NCBI GenBank assembly: GCA_038064495.1
Contig: JBBTSZ010000002.1
Span: forward strand, 480,002 to 544,001
DNA: 64,000 nt
Direction: 5' to 3'
Source: Patescibacteria group bacterium
GTDB taxonomy: Bacteria > Patescibacteriota > Minisyncoccia > Phycocordibacterales > Phycocordibacteraceae
Shown here: positions 39,289 to 48,268 of the stretch, piece after piece
Layout: the number at the start of each line of letters is the position of its first letter
Position numbering within the stretch: the first letter of the stretch is position 1
Notes under the pieces: model-generated
Database searches by the model: none
What the model was told of the DNA's origin: nothing
What the model saw: only the letters and a program-made list of their open reading frames with translations
Made by a program: the position numbers and the translations under genes

Positions 39289-41505
39289 TTACTTCGCAAC
39301 CGCTGTTGCTTCATCAAACTTCACGGAAAGGAGTTTGCTGATGCCATCACCGCCCATCGTAACGCCGTAGAGAATGCCCGCACGACTCATCGTCTCGCGA
39401 TTGTGGGTGATGACGATAAGCTGAGAACGCTTTGCGAGCTCTTCAATCATGTCGCCATAACGGCGTGAGTTTGCCTCATCAAGCGCCGCATCGGTCTCGT
39501 CTAGTATCAAAAATGGCGGTGGGTTCACCTGGCTCATTGCAAAGATAAGGGCGATAGACGTGAGTGCACGCTCACCTCCGGAGAGTTGCATGAGTGACTG
39601 CACTTTCTTCTTTGGCAGATGCACGGAGATTTCAATACCCGGCTTTCCTTGTTTCTTTTTCTTTGGTGCGTCTTCCTCCTCGTACAAATCTTCGTCCTCT
39701 TCCTCGGCAACATCAAATTCTTCCAGTACGAGCTTCGCTCCACCCCCACCGAACATAATCGCAAAATATTCACCGAAGGAACGGTTGACGGAGGCGAGGC
39801 CTTCCGCAAAAGACTTGCTGAGTTCCGTATCCAATTCAAGAATAAGAGCACGGAGCCCCTCGGCTGATTGCGCGAGGTCCGCAAGCTCACGTGCGAGAAA
39901 TGCTTCGCGGTCGGTTGCGTCCGTGTATTCCTTACGCACATCTTCACCAGTTCCTCCCGCTTCCTCTACACGAATCTTGAGGCGCTCGAGAGTTCGCTTT
40001 CTGTCTTCCTGCGCACGGCGCTCCTCATGCGAAAGTTCCATCTCCTCGTAGGAAAATGCGCTTGCTCCGGCAAGCGCGAGCACCTCTGCTCGGTCCCGCT
40101 CGAGCTCATCCGCTAGCATCTGGAGCTCACGAAGCCTGGCTTCTTCACGCACCACACTTCCCTCCTCGCGTGCCTTACTTTCCGCGAGGCCGAGAATGCG
40201 ACGCTTCTCTTCGCGTCCGGTCTCTTCGTGAGCAAGTGCAGCCTCGCGCGCCTTCATGAGCTGACTCCTCGCTTTTTCTATATGTCCTTCAAGTTCAGCA
40301 TCCTTCTTTAGCAGGGTTTCGCGTTCACGATCAAGTTCGTAGACCGTGTTCTCTTCCTCCTTCAGATAATCGTCGTTTGGCGCGGCATAGCGCTCAAAGA
40401 ATGCGACGACCGCACCCCGAAGTGCACCAAGCGCCGCACGCACCGCGCCAGGCTCTGCGTGCTCACTGATGTTCGCTTCACCCTCCACAATATCGCGGAG
40501 CATGGAGAGGTCTTCGCGAGTGACTTTTACGTACGGATCGCGTGCAACCGCAACGGAGCGTTTCTTTGCTTCGTGGAGTCCTCCCTCAACGCGACCAATT
40601 TCACGAGCGAGACCACTTCGTTCACTACCAAGTCGGTCCACTTCGCGCTCTGCCTGACGAATGGCTTCGGTACGCTTCATGCCCTCGCTGTCGGTTGTGG
40701 CGCGTTCATCAAATGCAGCGAGTTCGTTCGTTGCCGTGAGGAGTCGCTCGCTTGCGACACTCTTCCGCTCGGTAGCGGTGGCACGCTCGTCAACAATGTA
40801 GCGCTCTTCGCGGGCAAAATACTCACGAGCAAGACGTGCGAGCTCGCGTGCAATTTCTTCTGCACGCTCTACTTTCTCTACTTGTTTCTGAAGAAACCGG
40901 AGGTGTGGAGCAATCTCACGACGAAGCGCTTCTACTTCTCGCACATTTTCTTCAGCGCGCTCAAGCTTGCGCTCAGCTTCCTGTTTTTTGAATTCATAGA
41001 ACTTGAGGCCAAGCGCGTCCTCAAGCATGGCGCGTCGCTCACGAGGGTGTGCAAGCAAGATACGATCTGCTTCGCCTTGGGAAATAATATGGTGGCCCGT
41101 CTCGCCAATGTTTGCAGACGCAAGGAGTTCCTGCACATCACGAAGCCGCACTTTAGAGCCGTTAATCAGGTATTCAGACGAGCCGTCACGAAATACGACA
41201 CGCTCCACACTTACCTCCTCAAAATCAAGTTTCGGGAAGATGCGCTTTCGGTTATCAAACACAATCGCAACTGAAGCGCGATTGCTTCGAGCAGTTGCGT
41301 GTGAACCAGCCCAAATCAGGTCCTCACTACGCTTTCCGCGCATGCTTTTCATGGACTGCTCGCCAAGCGCAAAGCGGAATCCTTCCGCAACGTTTGATTT
41401 ACCCGAACCGTTTGGACCAACGATGGCAGTAGCGGCACTTGAGAAATCAAGTACCGTTTTCTTCGCGAACGATTTAAAGCCGACTATCTCGAGCCGTTTC
41501 AGCAT
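39289..41505 (-). CDS. Short SMC-family ATPase with no recognisable hinge
   Basis: 'GFKSFA', 'GPNGSGKSN', 'ISQG', 'LSGGE', 'ILDETDAALD', 'ITHN'; 738 aa. Confidence 0.88.
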   Translation of the reverse strand: MLKRLEIVGFKSFAKKTVLDFSSAATAIVGPNGSGKSNVAEGFRFALGEQSMKSMRGKRSEDLIWAGSHATARSNRASVAIVFDNRKRIFPKLDFEEVSVERVVFRDGSSEYLINGSKVRLRDVQELLASANIGETGHHIISQGEADRILLAHPRERRAMLEDALGLKFYEFKKQEAERKLERAEENVREVEALRREIAPHLRFLQKQVEKVERAEEIARELARLAREYFAREERYIVDERATATERKSVASERLLTATNELAAFDERATTDSEGMKRTEAIRQAEREVDRLGSERSGLAREIGRVEGGLHEAKKRSVAVARDPYVKVTREDLSMLRDIVEGEANISEHAEPGAVRAALGALRGAVVAFFERYAAPNDDYLKEEENTVYELDRERETLLKKDAELEGHIEKARSQLMKAREAALAHEETGREEKRRILGLAESKAREEGSVVREEARLRELQMLADELERDRAEVLALAGASAFSYEEMELSHEERRAQEDRKRTLERLKIRVEEAGGTGEDVRKEYTDATDREAFLARELADLAQSAEGLRALILELDTELSKSFAEGLASVNRSFGEYFAIMFGGGGAKLVLEEFDVAEEEDEDLYEEEDAPKKKKQGKPGIEISVHLPKKKVQSLMQLSGGERALTSIALIFAMSQVNPPPFLILDETDAALDEANSRRYGDMIEELAKRSQLIVITHNRETMSRAGILYGVTMGGDGISKLLSVKFDEATAVAK

Positions 41506-41538
41506 TACAAAAAGTATACCGCACGATGCTCACTTCAG

Positions 41539-42444
41539 TTATGCAGCGAGTCGAAAGGCTCCTGGCACAAGCGTGCGAGCGAAGGTTATGAAGTCCTGCT
41601 GGTTGGCTTCAGCGACGTTATCGTTCGCAATTTGTATAGACTCATCAAATCTTGAGAAGAGCTGGTGCACGCGTTCTATCTTTTTTTCATCAATCCCAGC
41701 GAGTTCTGTTTTGAAACGAGCTTCTCTTCCCCGGACGAATCCTTCCTGTACCGAAAGCCACGTACGGTAGCGTGTCTGATACGCCTGCTGCACCGCTTCG
41801 GGGATGTCGCTCGGAGACTCTGCCCGTTTGAGCGCCTCAATAATATCGAGTTGCTCTTCAATGAAAAGCTGTCTTCCTTCTTCTTTAAAGGTCTCAGGCT
41901 CCATCGCACCTGACGAAAGGTCGGCGAGCACTGCCGCCCGAATGGTTGGGTCCGTCGTCTCGTTTAACCCCTTCTGCATAACTGTCTTATTATCTATATC
42001 CCAATCCGGTTCAGTTATTTGAATCGCAGAACGTACCAACTCGTAGTCTGCCTCGGTAAAGTCTCCGTCCTCCTGTTCCTTCATCCACGCTACCGCTTCC
42101 TCAGCTGCTGCGCGTTCGTTGTCGCCTATCTTCCGCTTACGAAATACCACTCCTTCGCCTTTGTCTTGCGGTTCCCATTCCTGTACGACGTCATGGAATG
42201 ATGCGGCAATTACCACGAGCCGTTTCTGTTCTTCCGAGAGTTCGAGTGCTTCGGCAATTTTAAGCGCACGACGAATCACCCCTTCCGTATGACTACTGTT
42301 GTGGTACGCAAGACGATTTTCCTCCGGACCGGTCTCAAAGCGGGCGCGAACCAATTCAAGAGCATGCTCCTGTGCTCGCTCTTCAATATTCTTATGTACA
42401 CCCTCTTTCGTTTCTGCCTTTATCCTCCCGGGGAGTCCTTCCAT
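41539..42444 (-). CDS. HD-domain phosphohydrolase-like protein
   Basis: 'YHNSSHT', 'ASFHDV', 'LADL'. Confidence 0.8.
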   Translation of the reverse strand: MEGLPGRIKAETKEGVHKNIEERAQEHALELVRARFETGPEENRLAYHNSSHTEGVIRRALKIAEALELSEEQKRLVVIAASFHDVVQEWEPQDKGEGVVFRKRKIGDNERAAAEEAVAWMKEQEDGDFTEADYELVRSAIQITEPDWDIDNKTVMQKGLNETTDPTIRAAVLADLSSGAMEPETFKEEGRQLFIEEQLDIIEALKRAESPSDIPEAVQQAYQTRYRTWLSVQEGFVRGREARFKTELAGIDEKKIERVHQLFSRFDESIQIANDNVAEANQQDFITFARTLVPGAFRLAA

Positions 42445-42456
42445 ATCTCTAGAGTA

Positions 42457-43146
42457 CTATTTCCAACCGTTAACATCGAGTGCTCGTTCTGCGGCTGATT
42501 GCTCTGCCTCTTGCTTGCTCTTTCCATCACCTCGTGCGAGTTCTTTCTCGCCAAGGAACACGCCCACAATGAATTTCTTATCGTGATCAGGACCTTCTTC
42601 AGACAAGGTCTTGTAGGTAGGCGTAATATTCTTCTTTTCCTGTGCGGCTTCCTGTAGACGTGACTTTGCGTCTTGGTATGCCTTGTTCGCGATGATGGCA
42701 TCAATCTTTGGATAGAGATGTTTTGCAACGAATGCTTCAGCCGCGTCATACCCTTGGTCGAGATAGAGTGCGCCAAGCACCGCTTCAAATGCGTTTGCAA
42801 GAATGATGTCGCGCGCTCGCCCAGTGTCCTTTGCCTCACCCTTTGATAGAAAGAGCATGTCGTTCAGTCCCATCATCTTCGCACTCTCCGCAAGCGATAC
42901 GGTGTTTACGAGCGAGGCGCGGTACGCCGTAAGATCTCCTTCAGGATTACTTGGAAACTTCGTAAAAAGAAAGTGGGTGGTAGCAAGTTCCAGTACGGCG
43001 TCGCCAAGAAACTCAAGACGTTCATTATGAGGACCTGCGGCCTTGTTCTCATTCAGATAGGAGCGATGCGTGAGAGCCTCCACAAGGAGGTCCTTATTCT
43101 TGAACGAAAGTCCGAGGACTTCTTCATGCGTGGCACTTTGGTTCAT
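42457..43146 (-). CDS. rnc: Ribonuclease III
   Basis: 'ALTHRSY', 'NERLEFLGDAVL', 'FEAVLGALYLD', dsRBD. Start at ATG 43146. Confidence 0.97.
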   Translation of the reverse strand: MNQSATHEEVLGLSFKNKDLLVEALTHRSYLNENKAAGPHNERLEFLGDAVLELATTHFLFTKFPSNPEGDLTAYRASLVNTVSLAESAKMMGLNDMLFLSKGEAKDTGRARDIILANAFEAVLGALYLDQGYDAAEAFVAKHLYPKIDAIIANKAYQDAKSRLQEAAQEKKNITPTYKTLSEEGPDHDKKFIVGVFLGEKELARGDGKSKQEAEQSAAERALDVNGWK

Positions 43147-43251
43147 ACACGAAAGACTATCGTAAAACGCCAAGAATGCCAGTGACGTATAAAAGTGTAC
43201 CCCTCCCACGCGGACGTGGGAGGGGCTTGAGGAACATTCAAATGCTAGTGT

Positions 43252-43893
43252 CTAGAGTCCAAGTGTCACAGGGTCCAGATTGCGGACCAGAAGACGACAC
43301 TGTGTGCCTTGAAAAAGGCGGTCAGACCACTCATCACGCCCCTCCATCCAATGATACATTCCAGGATACACACGACCAATAAAGACCGAACCGTATTTAT
43401 CCCGAGAAGGGTAGAAGTTGGAGTAGCCGTTAGTGCACATCCCCGTCATTTTGCCTCGGTCAGTAAGGTCCGTCATCTCCTCAATATGAGCTGAGCCAAC
43501 AAGATAGCCGCGCTCTTTAAGAAGTTTGACTATCGCTTTATACGGAGTGTGCACCGGCACACCGAGCACAGAGGAGAGCCACTCTACGAATTTAGCATCT
43601 CGCACTGGACTTAACACCGTAATAAAGCTTCCGTCTGCGAGCGCAGTCACCATCGCATCCGTAAACAGTGGTGGTACTTTCCGGGAAGCGACTTTTTGGG
43701 CCGGCACACTAGCCGGACTCTTGAGACTCTCAGCAAGACTTTTGAGCCACGTAGTGTAACGCACCATACGTTCCTTTGGTGCGAGGTCGATGATGGTCTG
43801 CACTTCTTCGGACGTAAGTTCATCCCACCTTATTTCCTGGCTGAATTGGCCTACAAGTGTGAGAGCTTGACCGCGTGTTACGGCTTTACCCAT
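43252..43893 (-). CDS. Hypothetical protein
   Basis: AGGAG SD before ATG 43893; long structured leader upstream. Confidence 0.65.
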   Translation of the reverse strand: MGKAVTRGQALTLVGQFSQEIRWDELTSEEVQTIIDLAPKERMVRYTTWLKSLAESLKSPASVPAQKVASRKVPPLFTDAMVTALADGSFITVLSPVRDAKFVEWLSSVLGVPVHTPYKAIVKLLKERGYLVGSAHIEEMTDLTDRGKMTGMCTNGYSNFYPSRDKYGSVFIGRVYPGMYHWMEGRDEWSDRLFQGTQCRLLVRNLDPVTLGL

Positions 43894-44021
43894 GACATGT
43901 TCTCCTATGGAGTGAGCGCTTGACCATTTGCACCTTGCAAACAGCTTGACGCAGCTGTGGTTTCGCCACAGCAGGAAACGGCCCGAATGAGGCACTTTCT
44001 GCTGGGGCGAAATTCTCTATT

Positions 44022-44033
44022 TTTTCAAAGAGC
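44022..44033 (-). promoter_or_regulatory. boxA-like Nus-factor site
   Basis: GCTCTTTGAAAA, 16 nt after the nusB stop. Confidence 0.45.
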
Positions 44034-44049
44034 TTTATGTACTAAAACA

Positions 44050-44949
44050 TTATTTTCTTGATTTGTCCAAAAGCTTCTGCACCGCTGCCGTCACAATCGG
44101 CAACATATCGTCATAGAAGTTGAGGTCGAGAATGTCTGGGAGGCGGAACCATTTTGCGTCGTCTAACCCCCCACTCTTTTTGAGCTCAAGTGTCTCAAAC
44201 GGTGAATGCACGAGGAAGAAGTACACGTGCTTACGCACCTTTCCTTTTTCAGGGTGACTCGCGACATACTCGTTTTCTCCTACCTGACTTTCGACTCGCA
44301 CATCAGTGAGACCCAGTTCTTCAGCCACTACGCGCTTTACGCCCACTTCAGGAGTTGCATCATTTTCAATATGTCCCTTGGACAAGGTCCAGCGTCCAAA
44401 CACGTCATGCACGAGCGCAAGATAGTACTGTCCGTCATGTTCGGCGTAGACGATGGCACCACCGAGCTTCTCAAGTGGCAAGTCTTCGCGCTTCACACGC
44501 TCTTTCTTTCCGGTTTCTTCTTTACCTGGCTCACCAAGCTCTTTATAGACGGCACCGAGCACGCCGTTTACAAAACGACCACTGGAATCTCCGCCGAACA
44601 CTTTGGCAAGTTCAATTGCTTCGTTAATAGCTACCTTTGCTGGCACCTGTGCGCGATCGGCAAAGAGAAGTTCGTAGAGACCGATGCGGAGAATATTTCT
44701 ATCGACGGGTGCAATCTTATCGAGTGGCCAATCGGGTGCTGCTTTTTCAATCACGAGGTCGAGGTCAGGCTTTTTTGCTAGTACCCCTGCGAGGAGGGCT
44801 TCCATGAATGGCTTATCGGTATCGTCTCCACCGAATTCTTCGACGTTACGCTTCAACATTTCGTCGGCACCTTTTTCGTCGGCACCAGTAGAATCCCACT
44901 CAAAAAGAGTTTGCAGAACTACCGAACGGGCTAGGTGTCTATTCGCCAT
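44050..44949 (-). CDS. nusB: NusB fused to a C-terminal NUDIX-like domain
   Basis: 'RHLARSVVLQTLFE', 'VDRNILR', 'VAINEAIELAK', 'FVNGVLG'; then 'WTLSKGH..RVVAEELGL'. Confidence 0.92.
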   Translation of the reverse strand: MANRHLARSVVLQTLFEWDSTGADEKGADEMLKRNVEEFGGDDTDKPFMEALLAGVLAKKPDLDLVIEKAAPDWPLDKIAPVDRNILRIGLYELLFADRAQVPAKVAINEAIELAKVFGGDSSGRFVNGVLGAVYKELGEPGKEETGKKERVKREDLPLEKLGGAIVYAEHDGQYYLALVHDVFGRWTLSKGHIENDATPEVGVKRVVAEELGLTDVRVESQVGENEYVASHPEKGKVRKHVYFFLVHSPFETLELKKSGGLDDAKWFRLPDILDLNFYDDMLPIVTAAVQKLLDKSRK

Positions 44950-45038
44950 ATGAAAGAGCTATACACCTACAATACCTCAGAATTGAAAACACACGAGTCG
45001 CTTCCACGACTCGTGTGTATATCGTTCTATTGAAACTA

Positions 45039-45497
45039 TTATCCTAACTTGAGTGCTTCTCTTAGAGTCTCACGAAAACCCGGAAGCAGTTTAACTTTAT
45101 ATGCTTCGCTGGGTTTTAACCACATATACTTTTGTGCTTCCCAATCTAAAATTATTTTATCAGTGTTCACCTTGACGAGTACCGGATGAACAATCCAAGT
45201 CTTCTTATACTTCGGTGCTTCTTGGAGCAAAATCCTTCCAAGTTTGATTGAGTTGATATTTCTTCTTGAAAACCCAACTTCCTCACGGAGCTCTTCGTAT
45301 ACTTTTTGATCAAGACTTTTATGGTCGTCAAGAAATCCTGATATTCCATTCCAGTATCCTGGATAGAGTCGCATGTTCTTACTCCTCTGTACTAAAAGAA
45401 TCTTTCCATTAAAAAACAGGACGCAGTTCAGTACTGGTGCCCAGCGAACATTTGTAAAATCGACCTGTCCCGGTTTTGGAATAAATCTCTTTTCCAT
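45039..45497 (-). CDS. NUDIX hydrolase
   Basis: 'ILLVQRS..YPGYWNGISG..ELREEVG..LDWE'. Confidence 0.85.
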   Translation of the reverse strand: MEKRFIPKPGQVDFTNVRWAPVLNCVLFFNGKILLVQRSKNMRLYPGYWNGISGFLDDHKSLDQKVYEELREEVGFSRRNINSIKLGRILLQEAPKYKKTWIVHPVLVKVNTDKIILDWEAQKYMWLKPSEAYKVKLLPGFRETLREALKLG

Positions 45498-45532
45498 AGA
45501 ATAAGTTTACCAAAGTCCTCATTAGATTCTTC

Positions 45533-45659
45533 AGAGTCGCTAATAATGATTTTAGATACGAGGCATGGGGAAAGCGGAACTGGAGGCGTATGTGGTATAC
45601 GACGAAGGGCCCGCTGGGGGGCCCATAACACTTTAGATGAAATTATTTTAGCGAACTCT
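45533..45659 (+). repeat. ~125-bp palindromic element, copy D
   Basis: AGAGTCGCTAATAAT / ATTATTTTAGCGAACTCT ends. Core GAGGCATGGG..GGAGGCGTAT-GTGGT-ATACGACG..GGGCCCATAAC. Overlaps the rpmF stop. Confidence 0.75.
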
Positions 45660-46002
45660 AGACGCCGCCGCCGAATCCAGAACGACTCTTCGCCTTCCCT
45701 GTCACCATGCGTCCAAGAAGTCCTTGGGACTTTGTTTCGCGTTCCTCACCAATTGGACTGGTGTTGGTTCCCTTCTCTACCTTCTCGGCTTTCGCCTTTT
45801 CCTTGTCCTTCTTCTCTACCTTCTTTATCTCCTTCTTGGAAACAATCTGCTTGCCGCGGTACATACCGGTGGATTCATCAAGCGTGTGTGGAAGACGTAG
45901 TGCGCCTGATTCTTTATCGGTCACCAAATTAGTCCCCGAAAGCGCATGATGGCTTCGGCGGTTCTTGGTGTGCGAACTCGTGTGGCGCATTCGTACTGAC
46001 AT
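45658..46002 (-). CDS. rpmF: 50S ribosomal protein L32 (Cys-free form) with a C-terminal extension
   Basis: '[31 protein letters not shown]'. Confidence 0.85.
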   Translation of the reverse strand: MSVRMRHTSSHTKNRRSHHALSGTNLVTDKESGALRLPHTLDESTGMYRGKQIVSKKEIKKVEKKDKEKAKAEKVEKGTNTSPIGEERETKSQGLLGRMVTGKAKSRSGFGGGV

Positions 46003-46500
46003 AGTCTTGCCACCCTACCATAAAACGCTCCAGAAAGTCTATATACTGCGTTACGGGTCCCAATTTCCTCGCTACGCCCTATAGAAATACGTCTCCGCTC
46101 CTCATTCGCCCGTGCCTTGTTTCTATACTTCCTGGAGCGTTTTATCACGGCTAAAAAGTCCCTATATAGGGTATTTTTAAGCACCTACGGGCTCTTGTGG
46201 TTTTTCCTTCGCGTGTCACCATAGAGAAGGAAGCTACGAGCGGGACCTCGTGCAAGCATCCAGAGCCCAAAACTGTTACTCACACTGGGAAAGACCCATG
46301 AAAACGTACACACCACGGTCTCTACGGAATGCTCATTTCAGGGAGGAGTCACGAAAACGATTCATTCGTCCTTATGATTCTGGGTAGCGGATATCCGCCT
46401 TCCAAACCCAACCCAGGGACCACGAAGTCTCTGCTCACTTTTGCACGCTTCTGCGTGTAAAACATCGGGGGTCGCGCTTGCGCGACCCCCGAACCATTTT

Positions 46501-47097
46501 CTAGAGATGTACGAACGTCGTTCGGTGAAGAGCACAAAGCCCGTGCTCACGGAGTGCCTCGTAGTGTGCCTTCGTGCCGTAGCCCTTATGTATTTCAAAC
46601 CCATACTGCGGAAATTCTGATGCTACCTTTTTCATATACCTATCGCGCGTCACTTTCGCAGCTATGGAAGCGAGCATAATGGCAGGTACGAGAGCGTCTC
46701 CCCCGATCACGGTCTCCTGTTCATATTCAGGCGGTGCCTTGAGTGAACCATCCAGAAATACTTTTCCGTTTTCGGGATTCTCGAGTAATTTCCGCACACC
46801 CAGACTCACCGCGTTCCGTACGGCAGGCGCGATTCCACCCTCGTCAATCAGTCGAGCTGAGACGAGTTGCACTCGCACACTAAGCGCTTCTTTTTTCAAT
46901 TCTTCCTGCAGAAGCGCGAACAAGGCTTCCCTCTTTTTCTCGCTAAGTTTCTTGGAATCGTTGAGTCCAGGGAAAACCGCGAGAAAATCGTATCCCTCTG
47001 GCGCACAGACGATGCCGACCGCAACGGGACCTGCAAGTGGTCCACGTCCTGCCTCGTCTACCCCTACTACAAATCTATTTCCGGAGTCCGAGTGCAT
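46501..47097 (-). CDS. rnhB: Ribonuclease HII
   Basis: 'GVDEAGRGPLAGPV', 'DSKKLS', 'ASIAAKVTRD', 'HKGYGT'. Start probably ATG 47097. Confidence 0.95.
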   Translation of the reverse strand: MHSDSGNRFVVGVDEAGRGPLAGPVAVGIVCAPEGYDFLAVFPGLNDSKKLSEKKREALFALLQEELKKEALSVRVQLVSARLIDEGGIAPAVRNAVSLGVRKLLENPENGKVFLDGSLKAPPEYEQETVIGGDALVPAIMLASIAAKVTRDRYMKKVASEFPQYGFEIHKGYGTKAHYEALREHGLCALHRTTFVHL

Positions 47098-48160
47098 CAC
47101 GTAGTGTATTAGCTTTAAAGGCAACTGACTCAAGAGCCCGAATACGTTTTGCATATGCCTGTATGCGAGCACGTGGTTTCACTTCTTTATCCGGATTCGC
47201 GACAACATCTAAAATATTTTCGAATGAGAGGTTCCCTATTCCATCCAGGTAAATGAGGTGGTCTGCTAGCGTGACCAACTCAGGATCAGTCGCTAATACC
47301 TTTTCCCATTCACCAACCAAGCCATGCAAATCTTGGTTTCCATTTATATAGGCCTGAACAAAACTATTCCAAAGTTGTTCCGTAGGGACTTCAAGACGTG
47401 ATGCAAGCATTTCAAGTAAAATAGAGAACGTAAGACGTTCTAATGAATAGGAGCCATCACCAATTTCCGTATACACATTATCGTCTTTAAGATATGAACT
47501 GTTACCCGTTCGTATCAGATATTCCCGTAACACTTCCTGCCCAATATTCTCAGTAATGGCTTCATTAAGACCAGTGCCGAGTTTAAGTACTTCCGTTCCA
47601 TCAAGGTTAGTGGTAATGAATGTCTCCTTTAGACCAGACTTAATGACAGATTTAAGAGGATACGTTCTTACCTCAGAACGTTCTTTCGCGTTTATCCATC
47701 CCTCACAGGCATACCCTCCTCGTATATGCGTGGATTCATGAGTAAGTGTACGCAATATATTAATCATCTTCTCGGGCGGAGCTGATTCACCGTCAGAAAG
47801 TTCCCAAAGAAGATCGATTCCCCCCGTTTCAACATTTGCTCTTCCAGTAAGGGTTGACTCGCTGTGTTCATTTACTTGTAATTCTTTATGAAAGGTTATG
47901 CTGTCCTTTTTTATTTTGTGACCACTATTATTTACTGCTCCTGAACCACCTGACTTTTTTTCGAGTGAATCAAAAATCTCGTTCAGAGTTTTAAAATCTA
48001 CAGCGTCAAGAAACTGTTCCGGAGACGAGATCTTCTCAAAATCTCCTTTGAACTCCATTTCAGGCGTAAGTGTCAGCTCGGGCAATTGTTCGGGCTCTTT
48101 CGCTGCATCTACTACTTCCTGCTTTGGTGAGACTCTCTTACGCCAGAATTCCATGGACAA
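47075..48160 (-). CDS. Hypothetical protein with an HExxH zincin-like motif
   Basis: 'LTHESTH' and downstream 'LNEAITE'; AT-rich. Confidence 0.7.
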   Translation of the reverse strand: MSMEFWRKRVSPKQEVVDAAKEPEQLPELTLTPEMEFKGDFEKISSPEQFLDAVDFKTLNEIFDSLEKKSGGSGAVNNSGHKIKKDSITFHKELQVNEHSESTLTGRANVETGGIDLLWELSDGESAPPEKMINILRTLTHESTHIRGGYACEGWINAKERSEVRTYPLKSVIKSGLKETFITTNLDGTEVLKLGTGLNEAITENIGQEVLREYLIRTGNSSYLKDDNVYTEIGDGSYSLERLTFSILLEMLASRLEVPTEQLWNSFVQAYINGNQDLHGLVGEWEKVLATDPELVTLADHLIYLDGIGNLSFENILDVVANPDKEVKPRARIQAYAKRIRALESVAFKANTLRDALGLRK

Positions 48161-48268
48161 ATCCTATCACGGCAGGATTTGGTATCCTGTAGCTATGTCA
48201 CGTTTCGTCCATCTCGCACCAAAAACTCGTAAGACTCGTTTTTGTACGGGACAAGCCTCCACACTACT

